Under the pieces are notes generated by a model. That model worked only from the letters and a program-made list of their open reading frames with translations, had not been told where the DNA came from and searched no databases. This document shows positions 1 to 13,190 of a stretch of DNA of 64,000 bases, piece after piece (the stretch's first letter is position 1; the number at the start of each line of letters is the position of its first letter). This DNA is from Hydrolagus colliei. Its lineage: Eukaryota. Where the stretch lies: positions 186,001 to 250,000 of the forward strand of contig CM068769.1 in NCBI GenBank assembly GCA_035084275.1, given 5' to 3'. The position numbers were made by a program, and so were the translations under genes.

Positions 1-2135
1 TACACGTGAAAGTAGCAAATCTTTCACGTTTTGAAATGAACTCTGCTGTGCGTTACCCCAATTCCAAGCTGTCTCTTTCTGTAGCAGCTGGCTTATTGGC
101 TCGTTGATCTGCGCCAACATAGGGACGAACTTCCCAAGTTGGTTGACGATTCCCATGAATCTCTGGAGCTCAGTGATGTTTGTTGGGACTGGATACTCTG
201 CAATGGCTGTCGTCTTGCGTTGAACAGCGTGTAGGCCTGCTGTGTCTATCACATGACCTAAGAACTTGATGGAGCCCTTGGAGAATTCACATTTGTCATT
301 GAGTGTGAGCCCAGCTTCGAGTAGTCACTGCAAGACTGCTCTCACACGTCGGTTGTGTTCAACTTGTGTAGCACCGTGAATGAGAATGTCATCCATATGG
401 CAAATGACACCATCGAGGCCAACAAGGATACCAGACATGGTTCGTTGGAAAATCTCTGGTGCAGAACTAATGCCGAATGGTAGCCGGTTGAAGCAGTAAC
501 GACCTGAATGTGTGATGAATGTAGTCCGAAGTGTTGAACCTTCATCAAGCGGTATCTGCCAAAATCCACTCATTGCTTGGAGAAGATTTTACTTTTCCCA
601 AGCTTAGCCAAGCTCTCGTCGACTGAGGACATAGGGTGAATCTCACGTTGTACACTCTTGTTGAGTTGAGTGAGGTCAACACAGATGCGATAGGAACCGT
701 TTGATTTGGGCACAGTTACCATAGCTGAGCACCATGTTGTTGGCATATTGACTGGCGAAATGACACACTGTCGAAGCATGGACTGAATCTCCTTTTCCAC
801 TTGTGGTAGTAGTGCGTGAGGCACTTTTCTCGGTGTGTACAAGCAAACTGGCTTGGCGTCAGGGCACAGCGTTATGTGGTACGGTGTCTGAAGTTTTCCC
901 AGGCCAGTGAACAATCCAGGATATTCTGCTTTGAAGTTGGGAGTTGGACTCTGCTTCACCTCATTTACTCTTGCGATGAGGCCAGGATCGACGCATGCTC
1001 GTTTACTGAGTAGCGAACATCTCTGGTTTTGAATTACATACAGTCGCTCAGTTACCTCCCTCTGGAGGTACTGCAGTTTAGCAATCAGTATTCCCTTCAC
1101 TGGAGGTGGGATGCCACCTGGACCACGGAGGGACTGATTGGTCTTATTGAGTTGTACATCGGCTAGCCAGGGTTCTGTGTCACTGGTGACGGAAACGGTT
1201 GCCCCGGTGTCTAGCTTGAAGCAGGTGCGGTGTCCATCAACTGAGATGCAAACGCTCCAAAAGTCGTTATTGCTAACGATCTCACCGAGGAACGGAAGGT
1301 CATCCTGTAGGGAGTCTTCAACTTCATGCACTTTTGTGTTTCTGCGTTTGGATGCAGCGCTGCGGCAAATTGCCTTGAAATGACCTTTCGTTTGGTAATT
1401 GTTGCATATGGCATCTTTTGCAGGACATTGTTGACCTGAATGGCGTTGTCTGCCACACCACTGACAATTATTGACCTTCGAATCTCGTGTTTGCTGCATT
1501 TGTTTGCTCGACTTTAAGCTGTTGTCGTTGGATGGAGTTTTGCGTTTAGTGACATCATCAATGCTAGTGGACCTGATGTCACCACGGACAATATCTCGGC
1601 TGTTATATCTTGCCTCTGACTGACGGCATATATGGACCGCTTTGTCAAGCGTGAGGTCCAGTTGGGCCTGCAGAGAGTCTGACAATTTTTCATCAAGCAC
1701 TCCAACAACAATTCTGTCTCTGATTAAGCTGTCCTTGAGTTCGCCGTATTGACAGTTATCCGCTAGTCTAAACAAATCTTGTATGAAAACATGAATGGAT
1801 TCGCCTGGCATTTGTTTTCGTCTGTTAAACCGAACCTTCTCCACGATCACATTTCGTCTGCCTTCATAATGTTCAGTTAGTGCTTCTGTAACTTCATCAT
1901 ATGTTGCAGTTTTCTCATCTATTCTGAGAGTGATTATAATGTTATCAGCGCAATCTCCCATGGAAAATAGGAGTGTGCTCATCTGTTTTATGTCTTCTTT
2001 TTCATTGAGACCGGAGGCAATGCGATAACGTTCAAAATGATTGATCCATTTAAGCCACAATTCACATTGGTCTGGTCCATTTCCACCCTCAAACTTGCTT
2101 GGCAAATTAATCTGGGTCGACAGATGTGTAGCCAT
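1..2135 (-). mobile_element. Ty3/Gypsy LTR retrotransposon gag-pol (5' part; frameshifted, runs off the window start)
   Basis: ORF 570-2135 encodes gag with a CCHC-type knuckle (CQWCGRQRHSGQQC), protease FKLDTGA and the RT start YRICVDLTQLN. ORF 325-573 continues RT (GFWQIPL, RLPFGISSAPEIFQR, CHMDDILI) after a frameshift near 573. Confidence 0.95.
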
Positions 2136-2155
2136 GTTGTGTGTTTAACTTTCCA

Positions 2156-2308
2156 ACCGCTGCCACCATGTTATATTCGAGATATAAAAGAGAGACCATG
2201 GAGAGATCGGCTTTCATGTAAGACAGCTTTATTAAGAAGACCACAAGCATGCAATTCCATGTGCTACCACAGTGGTCACGAGAAGGTGCTATAACCGATA
2301 CATCTACA
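2156..2308 (-). mobile_element. 5' LTR (~2169-2305) and primer-binding site (2156-2168) of the Gypsy element
   Basis: The minus strand reads ...TATAACA|TGGTGGCAGCGGT. The PBS is complementary to the ...ACCGCTGCCA-CCA 3' end of tRNA-Leu(AAG/TAG). An AATAAA lies on the minus strand at 2228-2233. The outer LTR boundary is approximate. Confidence 0.7.
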
Positions 2309-4098
2309 TATAAGGGCATAGTGATCAGCATAATCCTACAGTACGTTGTACAGTTTTGGTCAGCATGTCAGTAAGGAAGTCAGTATCACAGTCAGTGTGC
2401 AGAAACGTCTTGATTGGATATTAGTGGGAATGAATTGTTCGACTACTATCAAGACGTAAAAGATCTGGCATTTATTTTTCCAGTGAAGATTGTTAAGTGA
2501 CATTATTTACATATTGAAGTGTCCTGACTAAAATGTGGATTCAACTGGTCTATTATTCAGTCACATTTAATCCTTGTACATCACAACACAGAATGATGCC
2601 GATTGGCCCAGCGTCACTGAGTGCACTTGAAAGGAGTTCTCCAATAAGTTCCATTCCTCTGTTCCATTTCAGTCGGGTTGTTCAAAGCAGGAACATGGTG
2701 AGAATTCTAGAAGGAACAAGATGAATATCTGAAGAGAATGAACATGCAATGGTACAGTGAAAGGCAGATTATTTAGATTAGGTCGGTTTCATTTTTAAAG
2801 ACACAGTGAAAGGCTTTCTGCAGTGCTGTAAAGTCCTTCGGCTCTGTGATATCTCTTCTGGGAGTAAATAGTTAAATTTGCAACTGACAATTGATACATC
2901 TCCGCTTCCTCCTCGTTCTAGTTTTATACCATGAGTGTATTATACGTTTGTGTGTGTATGAGTGGGAGCTTATGTGTTTGTGTGTGTGTGTGTGTGACAG
3001 AGAGAGTATGTGTGTGTGAGAGAGAGAAAGGTGGATGGGGGGACTGACTGTTAAAGCTAAAGAGACAGATCACAGCAATAGATAACAGCAAAGTAACGGC
3101 TTGTGGATCCTGTGTCATTGAAATAAACACCCGGCTAAATAATTTATAACCTCGAGCATCTCAATCCACTAAAACTACTGTGTGAAGATAATACTACTAA
3201 TAATAAAAATAATAATAATAATACTAAGAAGAAGACGACGAAGAATCATCCATCCTCTTGGTATAGCGCTTCTTCACATCATATCGACGTATCAAAGTGA
3301 TTCACAGAATATACTGTAAAGCCAATTGTCTGCATAATTGTGGGCGAAATGTGGCAGCCAGTTACATTATTTAATGCCGGGATAAAGTGTACAAATTACC
3401 AAAAATTTGCAGATTCATTTTAATTGTACGAGTCATGTGAGAACAATGTTCAAATAAATTTGCGTAAATATTATCAACATTTGAATTGATCGTTTGGTTA
3501 ATTCGCCACTGATCTGGACATTAGGACTTGTCTGTGTGATCAAATAGATTATTGATGGGTTACTGAGCCGCTGGTTTCGTTACAAGGCCTAACTGCTGAC
3601 ATGTTATGCCGTTTTGCTTATTCAGCGGAGATGGTTCAGTTGGGCAGAACTATCAACTGTGACCATGGATCAGATGACATCACAATGGCATCATGTTAAA
3701 TTTTCACAGTATTAATAGCCAATCCAGACACTCGATCTAGAAAATTAATCAGGCTATTATTTGCTTCAAGTTCCACACATGGATTCTTCGACAAAGCACC
3801 AGAAACACTGGCGCAGCCTTTGTCAAATATTACAAGTTTTATCTCTCTTCTTGATCTGTCCCTGTTGGTATTGATGGCCGTCCCGTACAATTTATCACAC
3901 AACCAAACAGACACACAAACTTACAGAGACTTCCTGTCTCTCTGTAACTCTCCCTCTCTCACAGACACACACAAACTCACAGACACTTTCTCTTATCACA
4001 TACACAAACACACATAGACTGTATCTCTCTTTGTCTCTCACCGACACGCATTAATCAACCTACAGATACTGTCTCTCTATCTCTCTCACGCAAAAACT

Positions 4099-4241
4099 NN
4101 NNNNNNNNNNNNNNNNNNNNNNNNNNNNNNNNNNNNNNNNNNNNNNNNNNNNNNNNNNNNNNNNNNNNNNNNNNNNNNNNNNNNNNNNNNNNNNNNNNNN
4201 NNNNNNNNNNNNNNNNNNNNNNNNNNNNNNNNNNNNNNNNN
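4099..4241. other. Assembly gap (143 N)
   Basis: Run of N. Confidence 1.
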
Positions 4242-4299
4242 ACTAAGGTGCTAATGATACGGAAATATGAACTTGGGAAATTGATAGCAATAAAAAGTG

Positions 4300-6005
4300 A
4301 CAACCTCCTGGACATGATGGTTTGCATCCCATGGTATTGAACGAGTTGGCTCGTGAGACAGTGGAGGCTTTGTGTCTGATATTCCAAAATTCTTTGGATT
4401 CTGGAACGGTCCTCATTGATGGGAAGACTGTAAACGTCACAACACTGTTTAAGAAGCGACGGAGAGGAAAGATGGGGAACTATAGACCAGTTAGTCTGAC
4501 ATCTCTGGTAGGGAAAATTCTAGAATCTCTGATGAAGGGTGTCGTAGTGGGGTCCCATAAAAGGGGAGCATCAGAGTGCGGTGTTTAATTGGCCTACCAT
4601 TGGGAAAGGGAACGAGGGCAGATCTGGGATTAACCTGTTTTTAAATGCTACCTATAAATAAAGGAAGCGCTGTGGAGAAGCGAGTTGGCTCTCGTGCTGA
4701 AAATTGCAACGAGAATAGAATTGTGTTTCCAAAAATTTGGTGGAATGTTTTGTTTTGACGGAATTTTTTTTGAGAAAAGATAAAGACAGGGCCTTTGTAT
4801 ATTTGGCACGGTGGGGATTATTTTGTTCTTTGGCTTGTGTAGTCATGGAGATGAAAATATATGTGTTTAAGGCATATGAAGCAGATTAGATAGGGGGGGG
4901 ATCGCAAGTTGCAGTGTATTTAGATTTCCAAGAGTCATTCGATAAGTTGCTTTATGTTCACCTGCCAGACAAGTGCCCATGGAATTAAAAGAAACGCATT
5001 AGCATGTATTGAAGAAAGGCTGACGGGAAGAAAACAGAGAATAGGGATAAATGGATCTTTATTAGATAGGCAGGATGTGAATATTGGAGATCAATAAGGA
5101 ATCGAGCTTGGCCCTCGGAGATTTACAAACTATATCAACGATCTACATGATGATATCGAACTTAAACTATACAAATTCACTAAAGTAGGACGAAGACAAA
5201 AGATAGAGGATGAAATTTACAAAATGCAACGCTGTATAGATGGGCTAGTGAGTGGGCAAGTAGATGACAGATTAAATATAATGCAGGGACGTGTGCACAC
5301 ATCCATCTAGCTGGTAAAATCAGTATAGTAGATTATTTTTTAGAATGGGAGTGACAAGATAGTGTCAGCGTTCAGAGGGACTTGGTTGTCGTTATGCACC
5401 AGTCACAATCTTTTGTTGTTGCATGTACAGCACGAAACTAGGAACGCCAATGTTACATTGGCATTCGTTACAAAAGGTTTAGAAAACAAATGTAGGGATG
5501 TCTTGCTGCAACTTTATAGGGCCCTGGTGAGTCCACAGATTTGGTCTCCTTATTTACGAAAGGATGTACTCACCTTGAATCTACAACGTAGATTCACTAG
5601 ATAGGCACCTGAGATGGAGCGGATGAGCTACCAGGATAGGTTGAGCAATCGGCGATTATTCTCTTGAATACAACAATCGGAGGTGATTTGGTAGGAACCT
5701 ATCAGATTATAAAGGTTCATGAGAAAGTGGAAATTGGAAGACTGTTTCACCTGGTTGGAGAAGCTATAACCAGGCGTGCCGTCTTCAATTTACTGGTCAT
5801 CACTTTCGCATTGAGTTGAGGAAAAACGTTTTCAATCGGAAGATGGTGAATTAACGGAATTATCTGTTCCAATGTACTGTAGATGCTCAGACCGTGAACG
5901 TATTCAAGACTGAGATTAATCGATGGGGATAAGGCGGGTATGATTGAATGGCGGGGCAGGATCGAGGGGCCGAATGGCCTACTCCTGCTCCTAATTCATA
6001 TTTTC
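4300..6005 (+). mobile_element. Degenerate CR1 LINE (ORF2 3' half and 3' UTR), interrupted
   Basis: Remnants include GPDGLHP-like, NVTTLFKK, GNYRPVSLTSLVGKILES, AVYLDFQ, the LYRALV region and the 3' end gggccgaatggcctactcctgctcct. There are many stops, and the boundaries are approximate. Confidence 0.85.
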
Positions 6006-6394
6006 CTATGTTCACACACACAAACCACAAGACTATTTCTCTCTCTCTCGCGCACACACAATCACACAAACAAACTCTAAGAGTCTATCTCTCTATCTCT
6101 GTCACACAGACACAAACTCAAAGGCTCTCTGTCTATCTCTCTCTCACACACACGCAAACTCACAGAGACACATTCTCTCTTCCTCTCTCTCTCTCTCTGT
6201 CTTACACACACAAACACAAACACAGATCCACACATACGGTTTCAGGCAGGAAACTAGCAGCAGCTCAGATGGTATCTGATAGCAGCTGCCAATGTAACCC
6301 TTTATAGCACAGAAGAGAAGTCATTCAAAAATATGTGTGATCACATGACTGTTAGACTGGGATAGGTCAGGGCAGACAATGTGGGGTGTGGAGA

Positions 6395-6720
6395 TTCTGT
6401 AGCGCAGTGATTATAGCACTCACCTTACAAGCGCGTCAGTCCTGTGCTCGAATCCAGCCAGATCAGCGCAAAACCATGTGCATGTTTCCTTACTCCACAG
6501 ACGCCCAATAATAACCCCTTCCAAAAAAAACACAATAAAAATTTGTCATTTTCAATCCACGACTATTTGTGTGGACGCTGCTGTGTGAAACTGACTGCTG
6601 CGTTTCGCCCATAACTATAAAGTCAATTAACTTGACAGTTTCACAAAGCATTTCAGTTGTGAAATGCTTTGAGGTGTCGATAAGATGTGAAAAGGGCTGC
6701 ATAAAATGCAAGCATTATTA
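6395..6720 (+). mobile_element. tRNA-headed SINE with L2-like 3' tail (family with more than 15 copies in the window)
   Basis: The head is gtagcgcagtg(g)ttatagcactcaccttacaagcg...tcgaatcc, the body contains tttccttactccac and atttcaatccacga...gctgtg, and the tail is gaaatgctttgag...aaatgcaag(att)n. Other approximate copies: 11040-11310(-), 20690-21150(+), 22900-23230(-), 23975-24330(+), 25065-25380(+), 25390-25690(-), 28125-28400(+), 33130-33440(-), 38760-39010(+), 58228-58530(+), 62400-62720(+). Confidence 0.8.
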
Positions 6721-7629
6721 TTACATGACACTGTCAATTAATCTACAGTGTTTGAGAGACCTTTGATTATAGCACATAAACACTCAATATTGATCTGATG
6801 GTTCTGATGTATTTTATTGATTGTCGTGAATTGTTCTAGGGTTCTTTTTCACATGTACTTGTGCATTAATAGTGGATCCAGATACTCGTTCTAAAGTAAT
6901 AAATATGCCGGTGTTTTCTTCAAATTCCACATACAGATCCTATAGTAAACCATAACTTCTGTCAACTAACACAAATACTATCACATGTCAATCTATCTTA
7001 ATGATCTGTCTCTGTTCGTTTCGCTGTCAGACCCGCTCCATCACGCAAACATAGAGAGCCCGCCCCCCTCCCCACAGACACACATACACAAGCCAGTAGA
7101 GAGCCACACACTTTGTCCTGAATTTGTTTTCCGCAGAGACACCACCGTGACCGGCCATCCCCCGCCCAATACACAAACAAACTCACACGTACACACAGAC
7201 CAACCCACCCGCACCCACACCACACACATGTACACGTAAACACACGCACAAACACAAATATATCCCCAATTATATGCAGAAACAGGCACGGTGAGACCCC
7301 TCTCACCACTCACCCCCCCACCACTCCACGCTCAGAGATAAGCACATCTATTGTTACATCTATTGTTAATAATCATATTGGATCCAATTACCCGGAGGTA
7401 CTCGATCCAGGTACACAAAGCATTAATTAGGCTGCTATTTATTTTGATTTCGAACCAGATCTCATATCTTACAATAAGCTCATTGGCACAGCATGTGTCA
7501 ACAAGTATAAGTTCTATGTCTCCTAAGTATGTGTTTCTGTAGCTGTCTGGCCCACTCTTTCCACCACAAACACAAACCACCATCCCCGCACACACCTTCC
7601 CCACACCGTCCACATACACATACACATAT

Positions 7630-8210
7630 TAGGGCCCTGGTGAGACCACACCTATAAATTTGGGTGCAGCGTTGGTCTCCCCATTTGAATAAAAGTGTGC
7701 TCGCCTTGCAGGGTGTACAGCATGGATTATTTGGGTTGTTATCTGAGATGAGGGGGATTGAGCTATGAGTATAGGTTGAGTAATCTAGGCCTAATTCTCC
7801 TTATTCTAATATTCGTATATCCTCTAGCCTGGAAACCTGCAAGATTATTAAGGAGCACGACGGAATAGATAGTTGGAGACTGTTTCGCCTGTTTGGAGAA
7901 AATATAACCAGGAGTCACAGTATTAACATGATAATATTAACACTATCAGCCCTTTCACACTGAGGTGAGAAAACAAGTCTTCACTCAGAGGGTAGTAAAC
8001 GTATGGAATTATCTACCACCAAAGGCATGTAGATGCTCAGTCCATGAACATATGCAAGACTGAGATTGATAGATTTCTTGTGGATGAATGGATTAAGGAT
8101 TATGGGGATAAGGCGGTTAATTGGAGTTAGAATAGATCAGCCATGATCTTGCGAAATGGGGGAGGCTCGAGGGTTCATATGGCCTACACTTGCAGGAGGC
8201 TGCTCAGATG
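7630..8210 (+). mobile_element. CR1 LINE 3' fragment
   Basis: agggccctggtgagaccacacc (RALVRPHL), cttcactcagagggtagt and the CR1 3' UTR motifs. Confidence 0.85.
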
Positions 8211-9051
8211 ACATCGGACTTCAACCAAGAATATTCTGTATAAGAGGCGAGAGAAAGATAGCAAGCTACGAAAAGCTCCAGAATGAAAGTATCAAAATAT
8301 AATGACCTTCATTTTGGATCATAAATTGATCTCATTGATATGTGGACAACTGAAGGCAAAATACATCTTTCAATTTCTGCCAAAGCAGTTAAAAATGCCA
8401 CTTTACCATTGAAACTAATGTGGTAATTAGCATGCCTGCTGAATAGTTATTGATTGGTTTATGAAATTTAAGAACATAAGTATTAGGAGCAGGCGTAGGA
8501 CATTCGACCCCTCGAGCCTTACCCTCCATTTCGATAAGATCATTAATTCAACCCAGGATAATAAGTGTAAATGATCAAAAATCAAAGGTGCAGATTAAGT
8601 GGGACAATTACCGAGACTCCTGTTAAAAATAAGCTAAGTGAATATTATAACCATTTGAATTAATAAACTGTTAATGGGCCATTGATCTGTAGAATAGGCC
8701 TAACCTGTGTGAACAAATCGATTGTTACACGTATTTAGATTAAGTATTTCAGGTGGGCAGACACGTCAGGTATGAGCGCGTCTCACATGTCAGGACACTA
8801 AATGAATTTGATCTGCAGTTTTTGAGAGGCCTATTAGTATATCATAGAAACACTTGACAATGAACTGTAGTTAATCATACACAGGTAGACCTCGCTTATC
8901 GTCGCCTTGGCCGATGTTGTTCCGCCATTATGTCGTCAATACTCATTGATGGTCAATGTGTTGGTGTCGTTTCTCACTATTTTTGTCAGTAACAACAATG
9001 GGTCCAGGTAATCAATGGAAAGTACCAATTAGGCCTGTATCACCACCAGCT

Positions 9052-9197
9052 GTGACATCACCGCTGACAGTGACATCACCGCTCTCAGTGACATCACCAA
9101 TCTCAGTGACATCACCGCTCTCAGTGTCACCACCACTCAGTAACATCACCACCACTCAGTGACATCACCACTCTCAGTGACATCAACCGCTCTCAGC
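9052..9197. repeat. 18-bp minisatellite (AGTGACATCACCGCTCTC)n, about 8 copies
   Basis: Tandem units are visible directly. The array is flanked by the degenerate direct repeat caatcaatggaaagta.../caatcaatggagagta.... Confidence 0.9.
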
Positions 9198-12049
9198 GAA
9201 ATTACCAGACAATCAATGGAGAGTATTGATTAGACCTGAATGTACTGCAAGTTCCATATCTGTGGTGCCGCTTGCCTGAACTGACACGTTTTATCATAGA
9301 ATCATAGAATCATAGAATTTTACGGCACAAAAGGAGGCCATTCGGCCCATCTAGTCTGTGCCGGAATCTGTTGATCTGCTCCGTGACGTTTCACTGCCAG
9401 TCCCGCTCAAACCGTCACGCGCACACACACACACACAAACACACAGTTCCTCCTGCCACACACACAGACACCCCTCCCCACACGCAAATACACAGACCAC
9501 CCACACATTCCCTCACGTACATAAACAGAGACTCCCCACCCCCCTAATCCCCAGCACACACAAACAGAGACACACAAACCCACACACAAATAAACAGACC
9601 CCCCCCCCTCACAAACATACACAGAACTCCACCCCCACACTCTCTCACGCACACACAGAACTCCCTCACACCCATTCACATACAGGCGCAGTTTAAAGCA
9701 GGAAGCAAGCAGCAGCTGAGATCTTATCTGACAGGTGGTGGTGAATTTAAATCTTTATTCTCCAATGTGACGCTGCAGAGGCTTAGAAATATGTAGCACA
9801 GAACAATTTAATTGGGGATATGTGGGGTCAATTGATTGTGACCTATCTTCAGATGAGCCAATTTTGGAGGGCAGACCTATGGAGAGTGAGCATTTGGTCT
9901 CATTTGGCCGTTACTTCAGTGATACATTTCGGTTCTGCTGCAAAGCATCAGAATATCTGTAGTGCAGACAATGTCGACTAAAGTAAATTCATCTATTTGT
10001 CTGATCAGACTCTGCGGATTGTGCTGCTAGTTCGCCCCACCCTCCCCCGCCACACATCCACACCAACCTTCCTAACACTCCTCCGTCTTTGCCCGGCGCG
10101 TCAATCCAACCGCACACTATTTATCTCTCTATCTCTATCTCTCACACACAAACATACGATGTAAAGCAGGAATCCAGAATGCTGCTCAGACGTCAATTAA
10201 AATGTAACCTATCACTTCTCAAAGAGGCAACATAGAGCCATGAAAATTTTAGGACATCTAAGAATGCAAACATAATAAAATCATAATGCTGCAGTGTGAA
10301 GCTAAAGTCAATGGCAAGTAAGGAGGATATGGGATGTTCCAGAGGCAAGTGAAAAGTTTTTAAAGATAGGCGGAAGTGTGTCCCATTTATGTCTTTAAAT
10401 TTCCCTAGCTAAAAACAGCAAATCGGTGACATCTCTCATGATTTCGTGGAAAATATGTGTTTTTTTACCAAATGCAACAACAACAACATTACATTCATAT
10501 CGCGTTTTTCGCGTCTGGAGGACGTCCTAAGCCATTGGACAGTTACTGCTTCAGAACCACGCTGAGGACAGGGAGTGCGAAGGGGAGAATAATGAATTGC
10601 TAATGGGTCCATCGAAGAGAAGAGTCTGGAGGCGAGAATAAGGAGGTCAGGGAAGGGCCGAGGAGGAGGGAATTCGGAGCTTCAGAGTTTGGGTGCAGAG
10701 TGGCTGAAGGCTCGTCCGCCGGTTTAAAGACGGGTGGATTGGGGGCATGGACTAGGCCAGACCCTGCTGAACGGAGGTAGTGGGCAGGTTGGTAAGGGGA
10801 CAGGAAGTAACGGATATAGGGTGGGGAGAGGTTGCGGAGGGCTATAAATGGAAGCACTATTATTACTTTTGATATTGCACGCAAAGACAGGTGAAGGAAC
10901 TACTACGGTTTTCAAACAATCTGGAAGAAGATCAGTGTCCAACTACCATCAAGGAAACAAGAGAAATATGGGGACCTTGAACATATTCACAATAATAATA
11001 TTTGCATTTGATGTAGCGCTTTTCACATGTTATCGATGTCCCAAAGCGCCTCACAGGTTATACTGTAAAGTAAGTTAACTGTATATTTGTGAGTGAATCG
11101 CGGCAGCAAACTGCACACAGCAGTGTCCCACAAGCAGTCGTGTAATGAAATGACCAATTTTATTATTGTGATTTTTTGGACGGATTACGATTGGGCGCGT
11201 GGAGAAAGAACACTTGTACAAGATTTCACCCTGACCTGACTGGATACGAACTCAGGTCTCCCCAGCTTGCAAGACAAGTGCTCTAACCACTAAGCCACAG
11301 GAGCCACACAGATTGGCTGCTTATTGATAGCCATTAACCTCTCACGTTTCCCCCAAGACATGAAATTCTGCATCAGACACAAGCAAGGCTCAGCCTCTGT
11401 CTGATTTCATGGGCCACGCTTCCGTCACTGTGTCAGGAAGCACGATGAAAGACAAAACACGAGCAAATATATCCATCTATGGTAACATGGCTGCTGATTG
11501 GTTAATCTTACCATGATACAAAAAATATATTTTCTACATATCCGCAATCTATTAATGATATGGCCGGAGACGTTGGTTTGTCTGGACCTGTTGTGTGGGG
11601 TTGGACGATAAGGAGTTTATTGGCTGATAGCACTGGCTTGATGTCCATCACATCACTCTCGCATTGCCAAGGGGCGATGGTGCGGTCACTAGTGATTTAC
11701 CTAATCCTGAACACTCTCACATGTAAGTTAATGGTTACTGAACTATCTCCATAACTATCTCCATAATGTAATCGCAATCATATTACTTTGCTTTGCACTT
11801 GTTAATATTACTTGTTAATATTAATATCTTGTTAACAGGTGATCAGTGAACATTGTACACACTAATAATATAACAGATGGAATTTCTCTCCACCGAATCA
11901 CTCAGATTTATATCACTTTTCACAGTATTGGCGTTTTGTTTAGTGTCCCAAATAAATATAATTAATTATTCTCAATATTATTTGCGTATCAATAGAGTTT
12001 ATGGCTTTTACAGTTGATGATTTGATGATAAGGAGGAAATATATATTAA

Positions 12050-13190
12050 TCATGCCTTTGAATTGTGAAAACATTGGATACCATTTTCAAAAACATTAGG
12101 CGAGGTGATTATTTTCCCAGCGGATTTGAGAGTTGGAGGAGGGCGGGGCGAGAAGCTATTTAAGGAACGGGAGTGACGAACTGTGTACGTGAGCAGGGGC
12201 CAGAAGCGGATGATTTTGGGTTGACTGTTGAATAAAATGGGCGATTGGCGAGGGCAGTGAGACGAAAGTAAGTGATGAGACTTCCAGAGGGTAAACGGCG
12301 GCGTGATGTTGTGAGTTGGTAAAGACAAATTAACAACGACAGCAACAAAATTATATTGATCGAGCACCTTTCACGTCGAGAGCAAGGCGCTATACAGCGA
12401 GATCGGGACCAGAGAATTAGGGCAAAGTATCGGGGTAGGGGTTAGTGGAAGGAGATTAGTAAAGAGGAGGAGTGAGGAGGGGGAGATGGATATTTGGGAT
12501 TAGAAGTGGGGAGTGTATGGAGGGGGAGGGAGAGATTTGGGAAGGGAGGGAGAGAGTCATGTGGCTTATGAGAAAGTTGCGTGGGGGTGGGGGGGTGGGG
12601 GGGGGGGTGGATGGGAGAGATTTGGGAGGGGAGGGTAAAATTTGGAAGCGGAGGGAGAGAGTTGGGAGGAAGCTAGATTTGGAAATGGAGGTGACATTTG
12701 GGACCAGGATTGAGCTGGAAGGGGAGGGATGAAGTTGAGAGGGGAATGGGAGCGTTGGGAGGGATGTGCGAGAGGTTGGAGGGGAGAGCGAGAGAGTTGG
12801 GAAGGGAGGGAAAGAGTCGGGAGAGGAGAGTGCGAGAGTTGGGAAGGTGAAGTGAGTGAGGTTGGAGTGGGAGGGAAAGAGAGAGTAGGGATGGGAGGGA
12901 ATTAGGCAGGGATGCACAGAATTGGGAGAGCAGGAAGAGAGATGGGCATTGAGGGAGAGAATTGGGTGGGGAGAGGACCACATTTGAGAGGGGGTGTTAC
13001 GAAGGGAGGGGGGAGAGTTGGGAGGGGAGAAGATGGGCGAGGAGTTCAAACTAGAAACTAGGGTAAAGGTATTGTGTGTGGTTACAGTAGATGGAGTCGT
13101 ATGTATTAGAGAGAATAATGGAGGGCTGCAGTGGAGCACAGTGGAAGAAGACTTGGCAGCCAATGGATCAGTTGAACCGTTTGACAACTT
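12050..13190 (-). mobile_element. Degenerate L2 LINE ORF2 fragment (purine-rich on +)
   Basis: The Pro/Ser/Leu-rich minus-strand ORFs and GA-rich + strand match the other L2 relics in this window. Similar relics lie at about 10560-10870, 34590-35460 and 40865-41640. Confidence 0.6.

Noticed and set aside
12456-13187. Long Pro/Ser-rich ORFs here and at 36282-36713, 47858-48479, 50645-51421 and 53966-54861
   Set aside because: They arise from decayed L2 sequence or CA/CT/GT microsatellites that lack stop codons, and are not genes.
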